Positions 27,501 to 39,500 of a stretch of DNA of 64,000 nucleotides are shown here, one piece after another. Both the position numbers and the translations under genes were made by a program. This DNA is from Phoronis australis (lineage: Eukaryota; Animalia; Phoronida), in contig NMRA01000736.1 in assembly GCA_002633005.1 (NCBI GenBank), forward strand, positions 1 to 64,000, read 5' to 3'. Position 1 is the stretch's first letter. Each line of letters starts with the position of its first letter. A model generated the notes under the pieces. The model had not been told where the DNA came from and did not search any database. It saw only the letters and a program-made list of their open reading frames with translations.

Positions 27501-30500
27501 AAAAGGTCCGCACACCAAAAATTAGACCCCACCATATTTTAAGCTGGGTGCGAGCATTTTTGGCATATTGGAAACTCTTTTTTGTCGTTAATCCATTTAA
27601 TACCAAAAAGGTATAAAGTATCCTGGGTGCCAAAATCTAATGAAACAGACACTAACATAAAACGAATAACCAATTAGTGATTGCATGTGTAAATGTTACT
27701 AATAGTTAATTGAAGGGCATTGGGTACTGTGAGTACATACATAGTAATTTCAATGCTTCTGGGGTATTTTGGTGCTGTCTTGTGACTGAAGTCTCCGATC
27801 TATTTCTCCTAGTTATGTCTCCACTGTCATGTATGAAACAGTCTCAGTGCATGTTTGAAGTGGATGCAGGTCAAATAAAATAAACAAAGACACGCAGGGT
27901 ACAGACTACTGTACATCAGTGGAATTCCAGGAACTATGATGTTGAAGCATGCAATACACAGTTACAGCCATATGGCTCATGACCCTTGGTCTGTGAATGA
28001 CCACTGTGTAACTGACTTGTTTACTTCAATATGGTTAAACAAGTATATGGGGGAAGTATGATTGAACATACAACCAAAACAAATTCTGGGAGCAAGAAAA
28101 CCACTAAAATGTTGCAAATAAGTGGATTTTTGTTATCATTTTTGAGATCGACACTTGAATTTTTATAGTTACCTAATGACAGACCTCACATTCAACCACG
28201 AAAAAAGAACAATTTATAAAATTGTAACGCTAGTGCATTCCTAAGCTGTCAGGTCACCATGCTTAGCTTCAGTCATATTTTGGGATGCATATAACGTTTT
28301 TCTCAACTTGAATTACCTGAAATGTACAGGAAGCCTGTTGAGGGGGTGTTTTTTATCCTTATTGTTCATAATAAGTATTATTTTACTTTGATTGAGTTCA
28401 ATGAACAAGTATTTAGCTTACACATTCAAATAAAAGCTATAAATAATGAATAAACAAAAACCGGATTGGCTTATTTGGGTTAATAATGTCTCACGCATTC
28501 TCTGTATCAATGGTAATTAATTAACAAACAAAAAGTACCTCATTCAATGTCATTAAAAGAGTGCAACTTCGTGGAAAAAAATAACCAGCCTTCTGAATTT
28601 CTACGGCACTCTAACTCTAAAATCCGATGTTTCACCAAAAAGGAGGTTTTTCAAAAGTATTTTTGTAGAAACTAATTTTTACGTTTCTTAAGCTCAGCCG
28701 AAGAATATAAAAGGCATTGAAAACGAGATTTTATCAACAAAAGTTTTATGCATAATATTTAAAAACAGCAAAAGTATATTGTCTTACCTCGCTCATTTTT
28801 GTTGGTTTGGTAGCAATCGTTTCGTGATTCGGCTTCCACCAACCGTTTGATGTTTTGACCGGGCCAACCGGGAATCATCTGACGATTAAGTCACCATTTG
28901 GAATTCCGATACAATAATTCCGTTGGTCCAATGTCCACATTCGTGGACAGCTTAGCAACTGCCATCAACTTTAAAGAAATTCTGCCATTGTTTTGTTTCT
29001 TGTCCTACTCAATATTATTCATTTACATGAATGACACTAAGTGACCACACTAAACCAACTTACCCATGAAAATACAGTATCATTGCTCAAGTAAAATAGT
29101 TCGTAGTATATTATATACCTGTCAAAATATTATATCCGCTGTTACGAAAGTAACATCAAGTTCTAAACAGTGTATTAATGAAACTAATTATTAAAATGTT
29201 TGAAATAAAACACTAGGGTATTTACTGATATTTGCTACAACTTTTGTATTCATACACCGCCTTCATATCAACTGGTCATTTTGTAAAATCATAAGTATTG
29301 GGTGTAGAAAAAAATTTCGAAGTTATGTTATACCCTGTTTTTTGTGCTGTTCTTGTTTTTTCTAACGAAAAGTCTCCAAATAGTTCATAAAAATAATTTA
29401 TCTAGTACACAGAATAATAGACCTGGCAGCTAACTGCTTGTGCACAAGCTTGACACCCAGCCATGGCTGGGTGTCAAGTTCCAATGTTTACTATTTCTAC
29501 TACTAGTGACAACAGGGGGTTGGTAAGTTGACACTTTCTAGGTTATAAACAAAACCTGAGTATGAGGGTCGTACAGTGGTAGCTGGAGACCAGGCGAGCT
29601 TTTCTCATGCTGACAACTTGTCTTCTGTCAATCTTAATACGAAACTCATTTTGCGGACATGATATTTGAGGTCTTAAAAAACCTCTAAAGTTAGCTATGT
29701 TGGAAACTTCTCCGAGATTTTAAGTGTCTGAGTGACATCCACAAATTGTTGGGAGGTGCAGTAGTTACTATCAATACTCTACATGTACCTAGTCAGTTCT
29801 CGTTTTCCTATGAACGGATCACGAATTTGTAGAATATCATCATTTATAGTCGTGTCTTAATATCAGATTTGCTCCCAGTGAAACACCCCGAGTCGCACAC
29901 CCATACTTTGTGTTACGACCAGTCGGGTGAGGGCAATCAAACTTAAGCAACTGTAAGCTGAAACGGATGTTTCTTTCAGTGGACGGGTTGTTTGGAGAAT
30001 GGACTGTCTGGCAGAGCTGCAATGCTTCGTGTGGTGGCGGATTCCAGTGGCGATTTAGGATGTGCAAAGAACCTCAGCATGGTGGTAGACGCTGCCAAGG
30101 TGTTAATAACGAAAGTCGCACCTGTAATTCACAGAACTGTCCAAGTAATGTAATCTAACTTACTTTATCCTTCATAAAAATGTATATGTATGACTGTCCT
30201 CAGGCTTTCAATATCCAAGTGGAAACGTTTAATTCAACATTTACAGGCGGAAATGCAAGATGTCTTGAAAACTCCTCTACTCAATTGTTTATGACCATAG
30301 CTTACGCATTGCGTATGCATTATACACGGCACTGAGTTCTGCAGACGTAAGAATCTCGTGTGTGTATGAGGTTTGCTTCTGAATTCATACGTTTTCGCGT
30401 GTTTTTCTGGCCTACGGAATCCACTCGAGGTCTTCCACAACCAAGAACGAGCGCAAAGAACCAGGAGGCATATTACGGATACCCAAGAGTCTGAAAGTGG

Positions 30501-33500
30501 ATCAAGCGTTTGAACAAGGGCCTCTCAGTCATGCGTGAGGCCAGGGATATGTTTCATGAAAGTGTCTTAAGACCTAAGACAGAAAGTTTGTCTTAAGCTC
30601 GCACTTCACAACTGCTGAAAAAAATTATAACCAAAGTAACTATGAGCGAAGTGCAGTCTAGGAGTAAATTAATAAATGAACTTATTTATCTTTAGTAACC
30701 AGCAATTACTTGCATTTCATTAAGAGGCTGTACTTTTGCTGGAGTCAGTATTTTTATTTTTCAGAAATAGTTGTGTGTAACGCAAGATCAACTTTCTAAT
30801 CATCTTTCACAATCTCATGTAAGACTTAAAGTGGCATAAAACGTGAAAAACACACTACATTGCATTTTCCAAAGTGAATCCCTGACACTGAAACTGAAAT
30901 CAAATTGTTCACCAGGCATGTTTACGTTGTGTTCCTAAAGATTTTGAATTTCTGTTGGTGTCAAGGCATTTTTCCTTTAGTTTCAAATTTCAAAAAACGA
31001 TCTGTCAGTTGTTCGTTATTTTGTCGTTTTTTCTCCCTCATGGCAAACCACAGCTTCTTATTTGGTATGGAAGGGCATGGACATATTGCATTTCCCTTAC
31101 ATGAACATGTGATCTTTGACCTTTTATATAAAAGTGGTGATTTCAAGCCAAAGCCAGTCCGACTTCTTTGAGCGCTTGCGTGTATATATATTATGAGGGG
31201 TGGAGAATTTGGAAACGTCATTGGGATAAAAGAGTTTTTATCTCGTCTGTCTTTCAAAAATAGTGAATCTTACGATTTTTCTAGAAAATTTTACAATATT
31301 CAAAATGAGCAACTCTCACGTTAACAATCCCAAGAAGTAGATTCGCCACAATATGATTAAACGTTATTTTTACAAGACAGTTTTCCTGTCCCATGCTTTT
31401 TAAAGCTACCTTTCATGAAACTGACCCGGGCTCAAATCACCGCGAAGTTGTCACTTAGTACATCCGATTATCCAATTTCATTCAGTGGACCGGTACAGTG
31501 CTTCATTTAGACTATCTACGCTCGTTATAGTTGATGGAGTGTTTGACACTTGGGGCCAGTGGACTGTCTGCAGCACCTCCTGTGGTGAAGGCCATCAGAT
31601 AAGAAACAGAACATGCCTCGGACCGTTATATAACGGTAACGACTGCAATGGAACAAGAAATGAAACGCGAATTTGTCATGAGCGCTATTGTCCAGGTACG
31701 AGAACGGTTGACTAAATGGTAGCCATTGACGCAAGTTAGTACCTTAATTTTTCAATCTGTGATAATATCCAATAAGAGGCAGGACCTTTAACATGCCAAT
31801 AATTTAAGTTGTCCGACGAAAGTCTCGTGAAATCTTAAAATAAAGAAGCAAAAGTGGAACCAGAGGTTTTGTAATTTTAGGAAGGTTATCATCACCCCAG
31901 TGAAATTTTTAGTTTTTATATTGCACATCTGATCAAGTAAATATTGCCGTGCTTTTAATATCTCAGTATCTATTACAGGTCTTTATATTTTTCAAGGCGT
32001 TCAGTGCTTGGCGTAACTGTTACACGTTGTACCTCAAAAATCCGCATGTTTCGACCTTCCTCCGCCTTGTTGTAGACTATTGAATGTCTCTATCATACAT
32101 GTTCATGTACATCAGTTCATAGTCTAGTCTCTTTGTACATGTACAGAATATAACTACCCAATTCTTTTTGGTATCAGTTCAAAGTCATAGTGCTGATGTC
32201 TCTATTACAGTTCAAATTTTAGCTTAAGGTCGCAGTAGGACTGCGGCAAGGAAAAAGAATGTGGAGACAAAGTCTCATTTTCTCTCGTTAAAATATTGAA
32301 GGCATTGAGGAGACTTGCAACTGTTCTGCTCTTTCAGATGAATGACTAACGTATGTTACGACATAAATTGTTGCCATCGGGAGCTCCGGCATAAATTGTC
32401 GCTCGGCGACAACTTATGTCGTTACTTAGCAGTGACATAAATTATCGCCTCCATAGTTTGACGATAGCAAGTGATAGTTGGTTTGCGCGGATGGCAGAAG
32501 CAAAAGCCGTCCAATTAATGTTGCCAGAACTTATTGGACTTTATTGTGACTTACCTGTACACTGTACATTAGCACGGTGTCAAAATACATCAAGAGTTAA
32601 AACTGTGTAAAGATACCAGTCGTCTGAGCAACTTGCCACATGGAATGAAATGTCTGTACATCTGCATGTATTATTGATACCAGGATGGTCGTTGCTGGTT
32701 GTAGTTGCACCGTCATCTTGCCTTTGAATCATACGGTATTTTAGTGAGGCTGTTTGTTTCCTAGAAAAGCTTGAATTGTGATTTTGTTGCCCGAAATGCC
32801 AGAAACAGGTTTAAAATTGTATCTCCTTGGGCGGACCGCATTTTCAATTGGGAGGGGCACGTTCGCAGCCGTGGCATACCCTAGCAACTGGTCTGATCTC
32901 TGTGTCCATTTACTAATCACACGTGGAAAATAGAACTGGCGCTTCTCTTCCAATTACATTGTTACTACTTTGTCCTTATAATTTATGTCGTTTCTTTGGC
33001 GACATAAAATGTTTCCCGGGGAGGCGAGACTTATCTGAAAGCTCCGGTCAATAATTGAGTGGGAGTTCCAGACATAAATAGTCACCATCGACTTCAACTT
33101 TTGTCCGGGCGACAGGGTATGTCGATGGCGACAATTTATAGCGGAACAGCGTATCGACCTGAATCGTTACAATGTTTTGCAACAATAGAAAATTAAATTA
33201 TAAATGACCCAGGAGGCTAACCCATTTAGACTTAAGATATGATCGTCCTTCGCAGTTATTCAACGCAGATGGTCCTAGAAGCGTTAGTTGGGATGTGGTT
33301 GAATATTGCGGGTTGAATTAACACGATGACGAATAGAAATTGCATTCCCATGTCTAACACTATCTCACTGAATTTGCACCCAAGTCATAACCAAAGTTCT
33401 TTAGTCATATCAACTTTGATGTTACGTATCATTATCCTCTGAGAACATTGTTTCACTATTTTGTTGTTTGTCTGCGTCAAGTGGATGGACACTTCAACGA

Positions 33501-36500
33501 ATGGTCAGGCTGGGGAGACTGCAGCGCCACCTGTGGAGGAGGTGCTCAGATAAGGACCAGATCATGCGTGGGACCGTTTTACGGTGGCTTAAACTGCAAT
33601 GGGACTGTAAACGTTTCAAAATCCTGTAATGAACACAACTGTCCAGGTAAGTTCATTATAACGATAATTGTACGTAACTAGCCATGAAACAAAAAAACAA
33701 GTAGTACTCTATTGTTTAAAGTGAAGAAGAGATAGCTACATGTACGTGTGACCTTTCCTCTTTTACTGTTTTACCAACTTCAAAGTTGACGGAGTATGGA
33801 AGTCTTGGTCAGACTGGGGTACTTGTGACGTCACTTGCGGAGGCGGTGTACAGCATCGGTCGAGGCTATGTGACGGTCCGTTTTATGGTGGTCTGAACTG
33901 TTCCGGATCAAGGGAAGAGACACGGGTTTGCAGTAACACTTCTTGTCCTGGTATGGAAATATTTTCAGAGTACACGTGACTGGTTCTTTATACCGTGTTC
34001 AATAGTGTGTAACAGTGATTTCTCTAAGTTAGCTCATATTCCGTCTCACGTGGCGCTTCGCACACAGAGCTGAAATCTTTGCACTCAGCCATGTTCAACT
34101 CACGATTATGGAAATAACAATTCAAAAAAATCATGACACTCTCAGAGACGATGTTGATTCGAGTATTTGAACACATTTTTATTGATTATGCGCTTCTATT
34201 TGAATTGTCTAATGAATGTAGGATACTTCAAACTTGATGTAATGTACAATCAAGTGAAATGGATTATTTTCAAAAGTTGATGGATACTATGACAGCTGGC
34301 AAAAATGGGGGCGGTGTGACGTCGGCTGCGGTGGTGGTCACCGCGTGAGAAATAGAACGTGCATTGGTCCACACTTTGGAGGAGAGCCATGCAAAGGAAA
34401 CGCCACTGAGTCTGAGGGTTGTAACAGACAGCCATGCCCTGGTAAGAAAGATTTAACTTGATCATCTTGTTGAGGTTCGACGGCGCACGGACGCCGATTT
34501 GGCGACGAGATTCTATCACACTGTCTTAAGGAATCTCTTCCGCTGTATGCTTGGGTACGCACCGTAGACTAAGTTCCTTGCGAAAAAAGGAAATGATGAA
34601 AGAGCAATTAGGCAAGTGAAAAGAGAGTATTTTGCTTACAATATTGAACTTTTGAAAAATGCAGGGGCGGAATGAATATCCATTCCATAATTGATTCAGA
34701 AGCTTTCTTGCCGCAAGTAGCTAATGTCTTGATTCCGCGGACTTCAGGCCTGGATTGTGTTGATTCCAGTGGACGGTATTTATCTCCCCTGGTCCCCATG
34801 GGCCTCATGCAGCGTCACCTGCGGTGATGGAGTGCAGGCGCGAAATCGCACGTGCCATGGACCTTTCCATGGTGGAAAAGAATGTGAGCAGAAAACAACA
34901 GAATCTAGAGTCTGCAATGTGACACCATGTCCAGGTACCGAAATGTTTTTATTTACTGCAATCGTCAGAATGTACATGTATCACTGATCGTTTGAAAAAT
35001 GGTTTAAATGGAATTTTGGAATTCCAGTTTACAGCATATAGACTAAAATCCTAGTTGGTTGGGGTCTGTAGCCCGACTCATTCTTAGATCTGCACTAACT
35101 GATTAAAAAATCCGTGCGTTCGCATCAATTTCAGCCAAAGTCTTGTTTTCTTTTTTGAAGAATTACACAGAGCTATGTGAGTAAAGGTAAACAAGAATGG
35201 AAGCGTCCCGTCTTACCTGGGGATGAGTAAAACAAACAAACAAAAACATGTTCAGCATCATTTTTGTTCATATGAAGTGGATTTCTTTTTTGAAAAAAAC
35301 CCGCATCACAGATTCGATTTTCATAAGCATCATTGACCAGAACCAACTACCTTTTTGACACAAAAATTGCATATTAGAATTGTGAGTGACACTGAAGGGT
35401 GGCCTTAGTATAAATTTAATACAGAAAAAGTAAGTCAAATACTGGAATTTGCTTACTTGAATTGGCGACACTGCGTCCGTCTCTCACGGAATTCAGCTTA
35501 GCTAGTGCAGGGCGTCACTATCGTTCTAGCCAATGGGGGAGGGGGTGGGGCTTCGGAGTCAGGACTCTGTGTGTCAAAGCCATTTTGAACCCTAATCCAC
35601 CTTATTAATTCAAAGAGTAGAGTTCGATGAGCACACCTCATCTCAACCAATCTTTCTCACAGTCTAGGATAATGACATCATCAGTCTCTAAACATTCATG
35701 TCTGTGTTCACCAATTTTATCGTCATTCCATAGTTCAAGCCTTCGTTTGGGAAAAGTTCAACTCCAAGCCACAGTGTTATCTGTTATAGTCAGTAAGCGT
35801 GTTGTACAGAAGTGTATCATCCTGGTGTTGTTTGCATGNGAGCGCACCTTATCTCAACCAATCTTTCTCACAGTCTAGGATAGTGACATCATCAGTCTCA
35901 AAACATTCATGTCTGTGTTCACCAATTTTATCGTCATTCCATAGTTCAAGCCTTCGTTTGGGAAAAGTTCAACTCCAAGCCACAGTGTTATCTGTTATAG
36001 TCAGTAAGCGTGTTGTACAGAAGTGTATCATCCTGGTGTTGTTTGCATGTTATGTGATTCTTATCAGTTGGACCCATGATGCTTGACTCAATGTCAGCGA
36101 AACGTGACACGGTATATATGTACATGTGTCTATCGAAGTATGAATGGTCTTGTGAAAAGTTTTGTCGAACAAGATAGGCAATAGCGTTTTGAGACATCCG
36201 GGGAAGCATACATTGTACATGTACAGTTGACATTGGTGTTCTGATACTCTATCTCTTAAAAGCATAAATAATACACGTTTCCAGTTAATGGCGTTTTCAC
36301 GACCTGGTCGGAATGGGCCCAATGTAGCCGCACGTGCGGCGGAGGAATAGAGACACGTCACAGACAATGTCACGGTCCGTTCTATGGTGGTCAAGATTGC
36401 CATGGGGAATTTAACGAGTCCCGCTCATGCAACTTTCACGAATGTCCAGGCAAGTTATTAAGTGTTCGGTTAACTGGTAGTTTGCTCACTCACAGATGTA

Positions 36501-39500
36501 CTATTAGCATTTATATAATGCGGGGACATAATGTTTCATATTCCATTACGTCACAGATGCAGTGGTATGCGTAAATGCCGAGAATGTTTTTACGACGAGA
36601 TTAACACAGCATTAATTTATTATTTAATGTTATTTCTTGTATTTTTATTTATTTTGAAACTCAATTACAAGTGGTTCCTACGTGTACTAGAGATGATTAC
36701 AAAGTCCCCACACATTTTATTAATCTCGACGTAAAAAATTGTTGGATACTAAAACTAAGGCACAACTCCGGAAGTTAATCAAACTCAGCGGACAATAGCA
36801 CAGCTAGTTTATCTTTCTGATCAAAGTAGGAAACTGGTTTTCAATTGCCATGCCATTGCAGTCGATGGTGTTTGGAACGACTGGTCGAGGTGGTCTGACT
36901 GTTCTGTTTCGTGTGGAGGAGGTATATGGAACAGATCCAGGGCGTGCTACGGTCCATTCTACAATGGAAATGATTGTGAGGGGGCAGCGAGTGAGCAGCA
37001 AGTGTGCAATGAGAATCCTTGTCCGAGTAAGCTCTTTGTTTTGTGTAGGCCTAATTATATTTTGGCTTGCAAAAACAGTTTAAGAAATTCAGAACATGCA
37101 GTATTGTTGCCGGTTAAACATAGTTTTGGAAAGTTTGCTGACTTGATTACTACATGTAAATGCAAAGGTCATTAGAGTGCCCTGAATCCATGATGAGTCG
37201 ACATCACCATGATGAGAATTCGCACACTTCTCAAACTGAAACTCTAATAGGTCGCAGTTTTTGCATTCCAGTAGCCCCCTGTGCAAGTAGATACACTGTA
37301 CACATTTTCAGTTTAAAAATTTCGAAAATATAGACGGATTACGTGTTTTTGTTGAAATATGGACAGGGTTCATCCTGCACCAGCATAGAGCGGGTAACTG
37401 TTTTTGTTATATTTCAGTTCCTGGGGAATGGCTAGAATGGGGCTCCTGGCAAGAGTGCAGTAAGACATGCGGTGGTGGTGTACAGATAAGAACAAGAGAA
37501 TGTAACCTGACTACCCATGGCATTCTCACTGCTCCTTGCCTCCATAACAGCACGCAGTCGATGCCCTGCAGTATTTACAGTTGTACTTTGCGTGAGTAAG
37601 ACTTTCGTCGTCACCGTTAGTGGAAGACTGAGGACTAATCTTGCACCGCAAATGTTAGCCTCAGCGGAAACGGAAATCCATGAGCTCAATTGGCTATCGC
37701 CAATGGCATGCGTCAAAGCGTGGAAATACGGTTAATAATTGAATGGGTACCCATTAAACAATTGAAGACGCAGTAGTTTCTTCAATAAATCGCGAACGAG
37801 TTGTATTGAGTCGCAAGGTACATGTATTGCTTAGTTAACTTTCTTTGGCGGCAGACAATTGAAATCGTAGTTCTTCGCCTTTTGCGTTGAGGCGTAGCCG
37901 ATCCATTGGTACATGGACACAGTGTTGACCAAAACATTTCTTTATGCCGTTAGGCATCTCTTACGCAAGTGAACAAGAAAATGTGCACTGTTCACTCGAG
38001 AATATCATGCGAGTTCCTAGTATTACCAACGGCTTGACGGTACTGTCATATATTGGAGTAAGCTACTCCCTACGTGTACTAATGGGCTTGGCCCAATGTG
38101 TATTGGATGAGATACATGTAAGTGTTGTCGCAACCAGCGTGCTTGTTTAGCATACTAGTTTCAAAGTAAAAAACGAACAATAGGTAAGGCTACGGAACAA
38201 CATGACATTTTACAATTGAAAAGTCATAGCTGTCTTCGAATTTTTAAGACCGATGCATTATAAGAGAAATTGGCGGATAAGTTTTCTTCAGCAGTGCACC
38301 TAAGCCATGTGCATTAATTTGTAAATGAATTAGGAAGAGTTGGTCACAGTCTGGCTTAAGCTCGCACATGCGTTGGCATAATAGACCCCAAATGTTAGCG
38401 TAGGAGGTGCCTCATGGCTTGAAGTCTATGGTTTATAAACGTGATACGGAGTTTGAGAGAAAGCGGCCAAAAAGATGACGTTTGCCCAAATTTACGCAGA
38501 ATACTACCGAAACTTCCTGGAGGTAGGGCCATTTGCAATTAAGTACTGAGGGTGAGTCGCCCAGGGCCTCTCTATCATTAAAACTTTGACTTGTTAAACT
38601 TGTTTAGGTTTGGTCAATCCCGATTAACTTCAGAATAGTTTCTTGAGTCGCTGATAGCAGTGTCTATGCTCTTGTTGCTAAGATTTACATAGATCCTAAA
38701 TAGCAGGGAATATTGTCAGTCCTATTGAGGGACGTTAAGTGACTTAAATAGTGTTCCCGTTTAACTCTGAGGAAACGCAATTTTAACATTTTCAATCACA
38801 AACAATACTCTGCTATGAAGCAAAGGGTTCACGTGACGGTATATTATTGAGCAGAAAGCCCGGTTAATTGTTCACTTAAGCTTTTTTTTATTAAGACTCC
38901 TGCGCGTATACTCGACTTTGCCATAAGCTCGGGCGTAGACACTAACATTTAGACTTTGGTACCGAAAAAACCGGGCTTGTCTGCGGAAGACTCTGTTTCC
39001 ATCATTTGACTGCTGTACTTTATGTCAGAAACAGCATGATAGCTCGGTAAACTAAAGTCCGTTTCTGTTGCCTTTAAAATGCAAAAACATGATTTGCAAG
39101 CAAGTTCCGTGTGAAAAACATGTCTCAGAAACATATATAAGTCTCTGTGGCAAATCACAATTTTTAAACAAAAGCCGGAGGTCGTCATCCAGAAACAATC
39201 AGACATTTTAATCTTTGGGAATGCATTGCAGCTAGAACCTGTCGGGAGTGGTACGCGCGTGGTAAGACCGACAGCGGATACACCGAGATCGACCCAGACA
39301 TGGAGGGCCCTCTAAAGCCTTTTGCAGCCTATTGTGACATGTCAAATGACCAAGGCATTACCATTGTAGGTAAGAAATCATTTATGCCCATACACTTATT
39401 GTATATACTGGCGTCTGCTTAGGCTACATAGTGAATGGGCAAAGGTCCAGAAGATGTGCACATTTCTACACTGAGTCAAGCGTGGTATTTGCAAGCCAGG

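Noticed and set aside
11084-37591. Idea that the TSP1 exon array is itself an assembly duplication
   Set aside because: Exons and flanking introns are mutually divergent, unlike the N-marked near-identical overlaps
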